From: an uncultured bacterium
Lineage (GTDB): Bacteria; Verrucomicrobiota; Verrucomicrobiia; Verrucomicrobiales; DEV007
Direction: 5' to 3'
DNA: 64,000 nt
Assembly (NCBI GenBank): GCA_963977015.1
Contig: CAXBMO010000010.1
Span: forward strand, 147,555 to 211,554
Each line of letters opens with the position of its first letter. The first letter of the stretch is position 1. Below the pieces are notes generated by a model. The model was not told the DNA's origin. It searched no databases and saw only the letters and a program-made list of their open reading frames with translations. Shown here one piece after another: positions 9,190-18,839 of the stretch. The translations under genes were made by a program, and so were the position numbers.

Positions 9190-9975
9190 ATGCGCTCACA
9201 AATAGCTACCAGAATGCGGGTGACCGCGTTGGCCATCTTTAGTGTCCTCGCGATCGTTGCCTGTACCACAGTGGTCGAAGAGACCGGTCGAAAACAGTTC
9301 AACGTTCTTTCTCCAGCCAAAGAGGCCAGCATGGGATTGAGCGAGTTTGAGAAATACAAGCAATCTAAGCCTGTCGTGCGTGGCGGATCCTACAACGCCA
9401 TGGCTCAGCGAGTTGGCGCTCGGCTTCAGAAAGTAATCACGGTGCCGAATGCCCAATGGGAATTTGTCGTATTTCAGGATTCGACACCCAACGCCTTTGC
9501 TCTTCCGGGAGGGAAGGTCGGTATCCACTCAGGTCTTTTCAACGTCGTCCAAAATGAAGCGCAGTTGGCTGCGGTTCTCGGCCATGAAATCGGCCACGTG
9601 AAGGCGCGTCACAGCGGGGAACGACTTACCAATGCAACTGCCGGCGCAGTCGTTGGGGCGATCGCTGGTGAAGTCCTCGCCCGAAAGACCGGATTGCAGC
9701 GGGGCCAGGCTCAGGCCGTTACGCAAGGAGCTGTCGCATTGCGCACCCTCCGTTTCTCACGAAACCAGGAATTGGAAGCAGACAAACTCGGGGCGCTCTA
9801 TATGGCTCGGGCGGGATACGATCCTCGCGAATCCATCAACTTGTGGAAGAACTTCGGGAAAGCCGCCGGTGGGAATTCAACTCCCGAATTTTTGAGAACC
9901 CATCCGTTGGATACAACGCGAATTGCTGCGTTGGAGGCTTATATGCCGACGGCATTGGCTGCCTATAAGAATTAG
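9190..9975 (+). CDS. M48 family metallopeptidase lipoprotein
   Basis: Lipobox-like LAIVAC; PNAFALPGG; HEIGH (HExxH); QELEAD; FLRTHP. Start is uncertain (9181/9190/9214). Confidence 0.9.
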   Translation: MRSQIATRMRVTALAIFSVLAIVACTTVVEETGRKQFNVLSPAKEASMGLSEFEKYKQSKPVVRGGSYNAMAQRVGARLQKVITVPNAQWEFVVFQDSTPNAFALPGGKVGIHSGLFNVVQNEAQLAAVLGHEIGHVKARHSGERLTNATAGAVVGAIAGEVLARKTGLQRGQAQAVTQGAVALRTLRFSRNQELEADKLGALYMARAGYDPRESINLWKNFGKAAGGNSTPEFLRTHPLDTTRIAALEAYMPTALAAYKN

Positions 9976-10059
9976 GGACCTGTTTGAGCCTGGGAGGCTC
10001 TTCGATTGGAGGGAAACTAATGTCGGGTAAGGCACTGGCATGGGTTTTCTGCTTTGCAG

Positions 10060-10626
10060 ATGTCTAAGGCCATAAAAGAGGCGAAAGCGGACCTTCGGCG
10101 GGAAATGAAGCGCCGGGCTGCCGAGCTGTCGGCGGAGCAGCGGGTGGTGCAGTCAGAACAAATCTGCGAGCAAATCCTTCAAATTCCGAACCTGGGAGAG
10201 GCGGGAACCGTCCTCGTGTTTGCGAGCCTTCCCGATGAACCCAACCTGGATTCGCTTTGGAGTTCAGCGGTGCCTTGGGCTTTGCCGCAGGTCGTTGGTA
10301 AAGAATTGCGGATTTGGCGCGTTTCGGCGTTGAATCAGCTTCAGCGCGGGGTTCTGGGGATTCGGGAGCCAAATCCAGAACTTTGCGAGCGAATCGATCC
10401 CGCCGAAATCACCACGATTTTGGTCCCCGGACTCGCGTTTGATCGCAAATCAGGGCGCCGATTAGGGAGGGGAGGAGGGTTCTACGATCGCTTTCTTGCC
10501 GACTCTCAGGCCAGCAAGATCGGGATTGGTTTTGCCCATCAAGTGGTCGACGGAGTTCCGTTCGAAACTCACGATTGCTGTGTGGATCGGGTGATTTCAG
10601 GCTCCGATCACACCGAGAAGCTTTAG
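10060..10626 (+). CDS. 5-formyltetrahydrofolate cyclo-ligase
   Basis: GIREP, ILVPGLAFD...RLGRGGGFYDRFL, HD..VD motifs. Confidence 0.9.
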   Translation: MSKAIKEAKADLRREMKRRAAELSAEQRVVQSEQICEQILQIPNLGEAGTVLVFASLPDEPNLDSLWSSAVPWALPQVVGKELRIWRVSALNQLQRGVLGIREPNPELCERIDPAEITTILVPGLAFDRKSGRRLGRGGGFYDRFLADSQASKIGIGFAHQVVDGVPFETHDCCVDRVISGSDHTEKL

Positions 10627-11859
10627 CGAGGTCATCGTCGCGACAAAAACGGAGCCAAGAAAGCCGAACCCGACTGTCCAGAGCATCCAGACCGGCGGTT
10701 TCTGGGGTTCAAAGCGGTATTGGCGAATTCCGAGGAACAGCAGTCCCGCCATCACTGCCGGACCGCCAACGACCGTCGATGCTTGTGCGATCACGATGAT
10801 CGTGGTCCGGTCAAAGCCGGTCGTCAGGGCCAGGATCCCGACCAGCATCCCGAGAACCAGGGCTACGGTGGTGGCATGAAGCGCGGCACGGCTTGAGAGG
10901 GACGATCCCAGCCCCATTCCATCGGCAAAGACGTGGCCTCCGATCATCGCATTGACGAGAAAGGAGCTGAATGCCCCGGCGAGGAATCCGAAGCAGAAGA
11001 TGTAGCTGGCAAATCCGCCAAAGGCGCTTTTCAGCTGAGCTGACATCTTTCCCGCATCGCCCAGTTCGGCTGGACCGACGGTCCCATGAAAGGTTGCCGC
11101 AGCCGTCATCATCACCACGGAAGTCACCCCAACCAAGACACACATGCCGAAGACCGAGTCGCGAAATCCTGACCGAAGTTCATCGGGGCCCCAACCGCGT
11201 TCCCGGACGAGGTAGCCTTGGTAAAACGCACCCGCCACCGAGTAGGTGGTCCCAATCAGGCCCATCACGATCAGCAGTTGGGAGGTGTTTTGAAAGGGAG
11301 AAAAATCAGGCAGCAATCCGGATAGGGCTCCTCCAATCGAAGGTTTGGAGACGACGAAATTGACGAGAAACGCCAGCACCATCAGGAGGACGAAGACCTT
11401 CATGATGTTCTCGACCCGTTTGTAGAGATTCTTCGACTGGTAGAGGATGAAAATGATCAACGCATTGACGGCAACCAGGATCGCGGCAATCAGCCCTTTC
11501 GGAAGCTGTTCACCATTACCGAGCAGCGGCTCAATTCCGGCGATAACCGCCATGTTGTTGCTGGATTGGAAGCCGGCAACAATCAGAAAGAAGGCAATCC
11601 CGATCACCCAACCGGCCCAGGGTCCAAGCTGCGCGCACAATTCACCGCAAAGCGATCTCTTCAGGGTGGCGCCAAGCCAGGCGGACAGCGAAGCCGCTCC
11701 AATCAGCAAAACGAGCAACAGAGCCAGAAGCCACAGCATGTCGTAACCGAATGCGGCGCCGACCTTGGTGCTGGTGGTAATGCTGCCGGGCCCGAGAACC
11801 ACTGCGGCCACGATAATGGCCGGTCCAATTTGCCGTAGAAAGGCTGAAGGGGTCTTCAT
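10597..11859 (-). CDS. NRAMP-related (APC-fold) divalent cation / solute transporter
   Basis: IGPAIIVAAVVLGPGSITT...GAAFGY.MLW, IGTTYS; about 11 TM segments. Confidence 0.75.
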   Translation of the reverse strand: MKTPSAFLRQIGPAIIVAAVVLGPGSITTSTKVGAAFGYDMLWLLALLLVLLIGAASLSAWLGATLKRSLCGELCAQLGPWAGWVIGIAFFLIVAGFQSSNNMAVIAGIEPLLGNGEQLPKGLIAAILVAVNALIIFILYQSKNLYKRVENIMKVFVLLMVLAFLVNFVVSKPSIGGALSGLLPDFSPFQNTSQLLIVMGLIGTTYSVAGAFYQGYLVRERGWGPDELRSGFRDSVFGMCVLVGVTSVVMMTAAATFHGTVGPAELGDAGKMSAQLKSAFGGFASYIFCFGFLAGAFSSFLVNAMIGGHVFADGMGLGSSLSSRAALHATTVALVLGMLVGILALTTGFDRTTIIVIAQASTVVGGPAVMAGLLFLGIRQYRFEPQKPPVWMLWTVGFGFLGSVFVATMTSLKLLGVIGA

Positions 11860-11865
11860 GTTTGG

Positions 11866-11894
11866 ACGCTAGCAGGGGCAATGCCGCCGTCCAA
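11866..11894 (-). promoter_or_regulatory. sigma70-type promoter, leaderless geometry
   Basis: TTGGAC-17nt-TAGCGT-6nt-ATG(11859) on the minus strand. Confidence 0.6.
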
Positions 11895-11896
11895 GC

Positions 11897-14281
11897 TCAT
11901 TTGCGAACATGCACCCAATTCCACAGCATCGGGAGAAGGAAGATCGCAACGAGCGCATTCAGAAACAGCGAAAGCGCGCAAACGCGCCCCAAACTTGCCA
12001 ATCCCAAGTTGCTGGCCCAGGCGAGAGACCCGAATCCGGCAACGGTGGAAAGTCCGCACACGAGAAGCGCCTGTCCCACATCCCGTTGCACCCGCAAAAC
12101 GTCGCGATGCCGGCGAAATCCCAACAGCATGTGGATGCTGTAATCGAGACCCGCGCCAAGGGTGAGGAGAACCGCTGCGAGGTTGAAAAAATTCCAGGTT
12201 AGACCGAGCAGGACCATTGATCCGAGCATGGCGACGAGGCTCAGCGCGATGGTGATCGCGACCCAGATGATTTCGCTGATTCTTCCAAAGGTGAAGGCTA
12301 ACATGACCACCACGATCACTCCCAGAATCGCGAGAATTCGCATGATTTCTCCGGGAATGTGGGTTTGCAGGGCCAGCATGGTTTGAGCCCAGTCCGCGAG
12401 TTGGGTGTCTTCACTCTGAAGCCACCGCAAATCCGCGCCATCGCTTGCGACAACCATTCCGGCGGCCATGATCTCGTCCGGATTCACGACCTTCACAAAT
12501 CGATGAAGCATTCGATCCGCCACGTCGCTTTCCGGAAAGATGAGCCCGTCTGCTTCGAGCCAACCTTCCCATTTTCGAAGGATCGCGTTGAAGGCAAGGA
12601 CGGCATCCGCTGAGAATCCGACGTCATCCAATTCCTGCTTGAGCCGAGATTCCTGGGAAAGAATCAGGAGGACGGCTTGTTCCAGATTTTGGCGTTGGAA
12701 GGAAAGGATCGGCACGAAATTCGTTGGAAGCGTGTGCCGCAGAAGGATGCCTTGTTCCGTTGCTTCATTTAGACGTGATTCCAGTTCGATCAGGCGGTTT
12801 CGAACCTGCTCCCCGGTCCCGCTGACCACGACGTAGCCGTTGTTCTCGCCGTTCATGAGCTTGGCCTTGATCTCATCGAGCGCTTCATAGGCTTCACTGA
12901 CCCGCGGGCGAGTGGCGCGATCGCTGAAGTCGACCTGAGGCATTCCCTGGGTGAGAAGAAGAACTCCGCAACCGCCTACAAAGATCATCGTTCCCAGCCC
13001 GAGAAAACGGGTGGTCTTGGGACCAAAGAATAGGCGTTCCGGATGACTGACCGGGTCATCAATTGCGGCTTTGGGCCATTCTTGGCTAAGTTTGGCGAGG
13101 CGACTGCAGTAAACGGTCAGCATCACAATGGCTCCAGCCGAAATCCCAAGACCGACGAGAACCCCAAGCTCGGAAACGCCAGGCAGACTGCTGGCGACCA
13201 GAGAGCCAAATGCCGCGGAAGTCGTCGCCGCGGCCCAAAAAATGCCGCGTTGGCTATGGCTACGAACCGTCTTTGAATCTCCCGGTGATCGAAGTGTGGC
13301 CTGGTAAATGAGAATCCCGTAATCGACGCTTAAACCAATCAGGATTGAAGCAAAACCGACATTCATGACCGTCAGGTCCCTGATCAAAAGGCCCGCGATC
13401 CCTAGCGTGATCACAAAGATCAATGCCAGCATGGCAACCAACCAACAGAGGGGGCGGAATCGGCGATACCAAAACCAAAAGATCAGGGCGATCACCGTGA
13501 TCGTGGTCAGACCGGAAACTTTCATATCGCGTTCCATCCCGGCTGAAATCTCCGAAACGACCGGAGGTTCGCCAGTGAGCTTCACCGTGACTCCTTCGGG
13601 GAGATTGGTCGCTTCGACGGCTTCGCGAATCGCATTTACCCGTTCGATCATCCCGCGATAATCACCTCGGCCCTGTTCCCCGGGAGCCGTCAGATAGATC
13701 AGTCGCAGGAGCCCGTCCTCAGATTCAAATTCGGACGCATCCGCAGCCATCATGCCGTCGCCGCCTTCCGTTCCAAACGCGGGGGCGATGAGTCCAAACG
13801 GGTCGTAACCGGTCAAGAGCGCTTCCTGAGGCGAAAGCGCGTAGGCCATATCCTCCATGCGGGATTTCAAATAGGGAATCGAACTACCTTCTTTGAATCG
13901 ATCCGCCAGCGTTGCAAACTTCTCGGGTGGCTGGTTGAGAAGGGCAAACGCCACGACTTCAGACAATCCTTCCGGATCGTCCCACGGCGCTCGATCGACG
14001 ATTTGATCGGCCAGGCCAGGAGTCGTGCGAAAGCGTTCCACAAGTCGACGATTGGCTTCCTCAACCACTTCTTCGTCGGTCCCGGAAATCGTCACGATGG
14101 TTTCATCCGGACGCGTGAAATGCTCCAAAAACAGACCCAGACCATTGACCTCTGGCAGGTTGGTGGGGAGCAGGCGGAGCGGATCGACGTTGAAGCTGAT
14201 GCGGCTGATCCCGATGCCGACTACCAGGGCCAGCGCTGGCCAAATGAGCCATTTCAGCTTGCTGAGGAACGTCTTTGTCAT
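11897..14281 (-). CDS. MMPL/RND-family membrane exporter
   Basis: Two TM bundles, each with G(L/A)(S/G)(V/L)DY.I motifs (GLSVDYGI, GAGLDYSI) and TT/ST..AFG.L; large periplasmic loops. Confidence 0.85.
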   Translation of the reverse strand: MTKTFLSKLKWLIWPALALVVGIGISRISFNVDPLRLLPTNLPEVNGLGLFLEHFTRPDETIVTISGTDEEVVEEANRRLVERFRTTPGLADQIVDRAPWDDPEGLSEVVAFALLNQPPEKFATLADRFKEGSSIPYLKSRMEDMAYALSPQEALLTGYDPFGLIAPAFGTEGGDGMMAADASEFESEDGLLRLIYLTAPGEQGRGDYRGMIERVNAIREAVEATNLPEGVTVKLTGEPPVVSEISAGMERDMKVSGLTTITVIALIFWFWYRRFRPLCWLVAMLALIFVITLGIAGLLIRDLTVMNVGFASILIGLSVDYGILIYQATLRSPGDSKTVRSHSQRGIFWAAATTSAAFGSLVASSLPGVSELGVLVGLGISAGAIVMLTVYCSRLAKLSQEWPKAAIDDPVSHPERLFFGPKTTRFLGLGTMIFVGGCGVLLLTQGMPQVDFSDRATRPRVSEAYEALDEIKAKLMNGENNGYVVVSGTGEQVRNRLIELESRLNEATEQGILLRHTLPTNFVPILSFQRQNLEQAVLLILSQESRLKQELDDVGFSADAVLAFNAILRKWEGWLEADGLIFPESDVADRMLHRFVKVVNPDEIMAAGMVVASDGADLRWLQSEDTQLADWAQTMLALQTHIPGEIMRILAILGVIVVVMLAFTFGRISEIIWVAITIALSLVAMLGSMVLLGLTWNFFNLAAVLLTLGAGLDYSIHMLLGFRRHRDVLRVQRDVGQALLVCGLSTVAGFGSLAWASNLGLASLGRVCALSLFLNALVAIFLLPMLWNWVHVRK

Positions 14282-14383
14282 TCGTGGTGGGCGGCCACTC
14301 TAGGAGGGATGGGCCTGACAGCAACGCAAAAACCCGGGCGGCGAATTTGCGTCCGTGCGGCTTCGCCTTAATCTAGAAGCCTT

Positions 14384-15049
14384 ATGACCCGACTTTTCCT
14401 TGTTCTCAGCGTAAGCCTAGTTTGTTGGACCGGTGCGCGAGCGGAGAGTTTAAACCTGCAGCCTCTCAAAAATTGGATCGCGAATCAGGGCGAAATCGAC
14501 ACCCTGACCTGCGATTTCACGCAAGAGAGAGAACTTCGCACGCTCAAAAAACCGTTGGTCGCGGATGGAAGGTTCTGGTTCAAGGGGCCGGATCAATTCC
14601 GATGGGAACTGGGCGCGCCTGCGCGTTCGATCGCGATTCACAGTGGTGATGTGTTGACCGTCGTCGATGTCTCCAAAAAGAAGGCGGAGGTGACGGACAC
14701 GTCGGGCGAGGAGGATGAGAGAGCACGATTCGCGGCCTACTTTGATCTGAGTTTTCCTCGGCGCTGGGATACGTTTACGGAGAATTTTGAGGTGCTGGCC
14801 CTGAATCGCGTCGGAGAAGAGTGGCGTGCCCATGTTTCGCCGAAAAGCCGCAAAACGGTTCGTGGGATCAAGACGATGACCTTTTTCATCGGGGTGGCGG
14901 AAGATAACCTGCTCGGCTTTTCATTGGATCTGAAAGACGGTTCGACGATTTCGACCCGGTTCAGAAAGATCAAACAAAATGCCGCGATTCCCGATTCCAC
15001 CTTCCAGGTCCAGTTGGAAGGCTACAAAGTGAAGCGGAAGAAAGCTTAG
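14384..15049 (+). CDS. LolA-like periplasmic lipoprotein/lipid carrier
   Basis: Signal peptide; TLTCDFTQER......PLVADGRFWFKGPDQFRWE; C-terminal NAAIPDSTF. Confidence 0.8.
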   Translation: MTRLFLVLSVSLVCWTGARAESLNLQPLKNWIANQGEIDTLTCDFTQERELRTLKKPLVADGRFWFKGPDQFRWELGAPARSIAIHSGDVLTVVDVSKKKAEVTDTSGEEDERARFAAYFDLSFPRRWDTFTENFEVLALNRVGEEWRAHVSPKSRKTVRGIKTMTFFIGVAEDNLLGFSLDLKDGSTISTRFRKIKQNAAIPDSTFQVQLEGYKVKRKKA

Positions 15050-17143
15050 TCAGTGTTCCCCCGTTTCGACCGGCGTTCGAAGATCAATCGACTTCTCCCA
15101 TCCCATCGCTGTTGCGGTTTCAAGGGGAAAGGTCCAAGTCTCCTTGTCTTCGGTATAAATTCGAAGTTTGGACCGTTCGGCTGCCATGGCGACGGCTTGA
15201 GGCAGATCCAGAACGCGTAAGACGTTGAGGTAAATCGGTCCCTCGTGGTGGCTGGTGGAAAGATCATGGAGGTCGAGTCGCGCGACCGGCTTCTCGAGAA
15301 AGAGAGAGGCATAGAGCGCGTTTCCTGCCATGTCACCAGCCGCCTGCAACCACACCGGCGTTTCTCCCAGGCCCGCCTCTCGAAGAGCAATGACTCCCTG
15401 GCGGCAGTCCCAGCTCCGCATTCCGTCCAGCGTTTGACCAATGAGGGAGAACCTGCGTCGAATCTGGATTTGCTTCTTCGGTTCATCGCTCCAGGCGACC
15501 GGACCGATTCCGCGGGGGCATAGGTAGGCCATTCCCCATTTGAAAGTCTGGTGCATTTTCAGCTCTGCCTGCAATGACTCTTCATCCGGCGCGGGCAATT
15601 CGATTCCTGGAAATGCTTCGGGAAAAAGAGATGGAACATGGGTGAGGAAATCGTTCCAGTCGGTTTCATCCAGCAAATTGAGAACGTGGAGCTGCAGGTC
15701 CTTCAACTCAAGGCCTTCCCGGCGTGCCAGATAGAGCTTGGTGGTCACATTTCCCTCGGGATGAACGTCATAGACTTCAAACGTCAACCCCTGCCTGGTG
15801 TCGGAGAACACCTTCTTTGCTTCGGGTTGGGTCTCTGTGTTTGGCCAACCGGCAAAGCTGAGCCGCTTCAACTCGTTCCGCCAGCCATCTCGCAAGGTCT
15901 CCCATTCCTTCTGGTCCTGGGGAACTGCGGGAGTTTCGGCCAGTGGGACGAAGGATTCATCAATCGTCGTGACGATCTCGTCTTCGGGAATGGCGTCAAA
16001 AACCTTCAGTTCCTGGGGGGCAAATCCTTTGACTGCGGCCAGTTCGTGAACCGCCTTGATGTCGCCACCGCGTAGATGGCGATTGAACCAATGAAAGGCG
16101 CTCGTTCGCAAGGGTTGCGTGTCAGTGTGAGGCCCTTCCTCGATGTTGAGCCCCAGTTTGCTGCTCGCGTCCTGCAGTTCATAAATCCGTTTCGTTTGCC
16201 AGAACACGTCCATGACCCCGTTCAGCGGGAAAATTCCATCTTTGTCGGTATTCGAGATTAACAGCGGGCGGGGAGAGACGAGTGCCGCGACGTTGGCAAA
16301 GTCCCAGCGGAAGGTGTTTACTGGAAACATGCAGTCGCAGTGGCCTTCAATGCATCCGTCCACTACGTGATTGCGGAGCGACGTGATCCCGGCCACCGGA
16401 ACGGCAGCCTTGATGCGGCGGTCAAGTGTTGCTGTCCACCAAGAGTAGGCGCCTCCTCCCGATCTCCCGGTTACGCCCATCCGCTCGGGATCGACTTCGG
16501 GCCGGGTCTCCAGGTAATCCAGTGCCCGAATCGAATTCCAGGCTTCTACGCCCGCCGGAGTGTATCCCCGGGCGTTCCACCACCAACGGTCATAGCGAAA
16601 GGTTCCGTGATGAACACCCTCAATCTCGCCCAATTGGATTGTGTCGATCAAGAGGCAGACATAGCCCTGACGGGCAAACCAGATCCCATGGTGATGATAG
16701 CCAACCTTGTTTCCGTAGCTCACCCCGTCTTCCTTGACCCGGGCATGCCCGCAAACGTAGAGGATGGTGGGGAAAGGCCCTTCGCCTTGGTTTTTGGGAA
16801 GGTAAAGGTTTCCGGTAACGTAGAGTCCCGGGCTTGATTGGAAGTGCAGCTTTTCGACCCTGAAGTCTTCTCGCTCAATCGTCCCGGTCACGACCGGTTG
16901 AAGATCGGTCCTCTCAGGAAGCGGCTTGAGGCCCAGCATCTCGTGCAACTCATCTCGAAGTTGCTCGTGGTGAGTTTCCCAACCTTGCTGATCCGTGATC
17001 GTTTCAAGCGGATGTTCCAGTTCCGCGACTTGCTTGGCAAAATAGCGCTCCAACTCATCGGATCCGAGATCCGCGCGATTGGATTTGGCAAGGAGAATGG
17101 CTGGAAGAGCCCAGGCAAGAAAAATGAGGACGTGAGTGTTCAC
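15050..17143 (-). CDS. Secreted alpha/beta-hydrolase (acetylxylan esterase / S9-like), PVC-type two-domain
   Basis: Nucleophile elbow GVTGRSGGG; RALDYLETRPEVDPER; GHCDC. Probable GTG start at 17143. Confidence 0.8.
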   Translation of the reverse strand: MNTHVLIFLAWALPAILLAKSNRADLGSDELERYFAKQVAELEHPLETITDQQGWETHHEQLRDELHEMLGLKPLPERTDLQPVVTGTIEREDFRVEKLHFQSSPGLYVTGNLYLPKNQGEGPFPTILYVCGHARVKEDGVSYGNKVGYHHHGIWFARQGYVCLLIDTIQLGEIEGVHHGTFRYDRWWWNARGYTPAGVEAWNSIRALDYLETRPEVDPERMGVTGRSGGGAYSWWTATLDRRIKAAVPVAGITSLRNHVVDGCIEGHCDCMFPVNTFRWDFANVAALVSPRPLLISNTDKDGIFPLNGVMDVFWQTKRIYELQDASSKLGLNIEEGPHTDTQPLRTSAFHWFNRHLRGGDIKAVHELAAVKGFAPQELKVFDAIPEDEIVTTIDESFVPLAETPAVPQDQKEWETLRDGWRNELKRLSFAGWPNTETQPEAKKVFSDTRQGLTFEVYDVHPEGNVTTKLYLARREGLELKDLQLHVLNLLDETDWNDFLTHVPSLFPEAFPGIELPAPDEESLQAELKMHQTFKWGMAYLCPRGIGPVAWSDEPKKQIQIRRRFSLIGQTLDGMRSWDCRQGVIALREAGLGETPVWLQAAGDMAGNALYASLFLEKPVARLDLHDLSTSHHEGPIYLNVLRVLDLPQAVAMAAERSKLRIYTEDKETWTFPLETATAMGWEKSIDLRTPVETGEH

Positions 17144-17173
17144 ACCCCCTTCACACAAATTGATCCTGCCTTC

Positions 17174-17776
17174 TTACTGAGTTGCCAACTTTTTGGCGAG
17201 TTCGATGCTCTCAGGCGCGAATAGAGAACCGGGGAACGGCTTTTCGTCGCCCTCTTCTGAGCGCAACACCAGATTTCCGGCTTCGACCCGGACGAAGTAG
17301 GCTTTGATCTCTTTGCCCGTCTTGCTTTTCCACGTGTGAAGCGCGTCTTTGTCGATCATCTCCTCTTCGGCTGGAGGTGCATCCGCGACCACGGGAGCTG
17401 CAGGCATTTCGCCGGGTTCAAGGAGAGCGCCCTCCTGGATCCACTTCCTCAAGGTGCTGATATCGGAACTTTCGAGGTGATCACCGCGATTTGGTGGCGG
17501 CATACGGTCACTGTTCGAGTCGGGAAGAGAAATGAGTTTGATCAACAGGCTTTCCTCCGGCTTGCCGGGAACGATATACTTGCCCGGGCCGATGTGTTCC
17601 CTCAAGGTTTCCTCTTTATCCATCCGGAAATCCTTTTTTGCCCGGGGACCACCATGGCATTTGAAGCAGTTGCTTCTCAGGATTGGCCGGACTTCCGTTT
17701 CAAAGTCGATGGCTGCGAAGCTGACGGATGGGGCCAAAAAAAGGGCAGACAAAGACAAAATGAGGCGGGCTTTCAT
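17174..17776 (-). CDS. Planctomycete-type cytochrome c fused to a C-terminal SHD1-like domain
   Basis: Signal peptide; DFETEVRPILRSNCFKCHG (CxxCH), RMPP, WIQEGA; tail HTWKSKTGKEIKAYFV....LVLR..G. Confidence 0.8.
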   Translation of the reverse strand: MKARLILSLSALFLAPSVSFAAIDFETEVRPILRSNCFKCHGGPRAKKDFRMDKEETLREHIGPGKYIVPGKPEESLLIKLISLPDSNSDRMPPPNRGDHLESSDISTLRKWIQEGALLEPGEMPAAPVVADAPPAEEEMIDKDALHTWKSKTGKEIKAYFVRVEAGNLVLRSEEGDEKPFPGSLFAPESIELAKKLATQ

Positions 17777-17833
17777 CGGGAGTAGCATTCGCGCTTTAGA
17801 CGGGTTTGTCCACCCGATATTCGGGAAGCTGAC

Positions 17834-18739
17834 TCAAGCACAGAGCTCGGAAAGCCGTTTCATCAGGGGGGGGATGGCCTCATACGGGTTATCATTCGCT
17901 TCGTATTCAAGGATCACGTACCCCTGATAGTTTGCAGCTTTCAGGATAGTGATCAGTCGCTCCAAATCCGTTTCTTCCTGTTCCGCAGCTCCTTCACGTT
18001 TGAATTCGACCTTCACTTGGACGTTTACGGCATAGGGAGCCGTTGCTTCGATATCGAGATAGGGATCGGCCGTGCGGAAATTGCCGGAATCGAGGTTCAC
18101 GCCGACCCAGGGATGATCCGCATCACGGACCAGTTTCAGCAACGTTTCGTGGTCTCCGACACTGTCGTGATTTTCGATTCCCAGAAAAATGCCTTTCGTG
18201 GCGGCGTAGTCGCCGGCGGTCCTGAGATTCTCGACCACATTGGCCCAGGCTTCGTCTGCCGGTAGCTCTTTTCCGTGCTTTCCAGCAAAAACGCGAATGT
18301 GAGGGGCTCCCAGGATGGCGGCACGATCGATCCACTTCTTCACGTAGGTCATTTGTTGGTCGCGCTCTGCGCCCTTTGGGTGGGTGAAGTTGTTTCCCAC
18401 CGCGGTTCCACTCACATCAACGCCGCGGAGGAAGGCATGGCGTCGGACATTGATGAGTGCTTCATCCGTCACGTTCTCATCGAAAAAGTAGCTGGTCAGT
18501 TCGGCCCCATCACAGCCCTGAGCGGCGCAGAAGTCGATAAACTCATGCATCCCAATCTGCTGCTCCTCGGGTAAGGTCGAAGGACGGCCCCGGCTGATGT
18601 GAAAGTAATTTCGGAACGAGTAAGCCGCGAGGCCAAGGCGGAGGCGGGGGCCCTCCGGACGAACAAATGGTCCTGCGGCGTGGGCTGAACCAAGTGCGGC
18701 AAAGGAAGTGGCGGATTTGACGAAGGAGCGGCGATTCAT
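17834..18739 (-). CDS. Tat-exported sugar phosphate isomerase/epimerase (TIM barrel, xylose isomerase-like)
   Basis: MNRRSFVKS Tat motif; LGIENH, NLDSGNF, QVK, ILEYE. Confidence 0.85.
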   Translation of the reverse strand: MNRRSFVKSATSFAALGSAHAAGPFVRPEGPRLRLGLAAYSFRNYFHISRGRPSTLPEEQQIGMHEFIDFCAAQGCDGAELTSYFFDENVTDEALINVRRHAFLRGVDVSGTAVGNNFTHPKGAERDQQMTYVKKWIDRAAILGAPHIRVFAGKHGKELPADEAWANVVENLRTAGDYAATKGIFLGIENHDSVGDHETLLKLVRDADHPWVGVNLDSGNFRTADPYLDIEATAPYAVNVQVKVEFKREGAAEQEETDLERLITILKAANYQGYVILEYEANDNPYEAIPPLMKRLSELCA

Positions 18740-18745
18740 GGGCAA

Positions 18746-18774
18746 AGTCTAGCAATCGTGCCAGAGGCGGGCAA
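18746..18774 (-). promoter_or_regulatory. sigma70-type promoter, leaderless geometry
   Basis: TTGCCC-17nt-TAGACT-6nt-ATG(18739), with extended -10 TG. Confidence 0.65.
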
Positions 18775-18839
18775 TCCCCAGGCCGAAAAAAAGTTTTGGG
18801 CGTTGACTCCTGCTCAAATTCTCGAAAGCTGACACACCA

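Noticed and set aside
9976-10059. 6S RNA, which often precedes 5-formyl-THF cyclo-ligase
   Set aside because: The gap is only ~84 nt, too short, and shows no long rod-like pairing.
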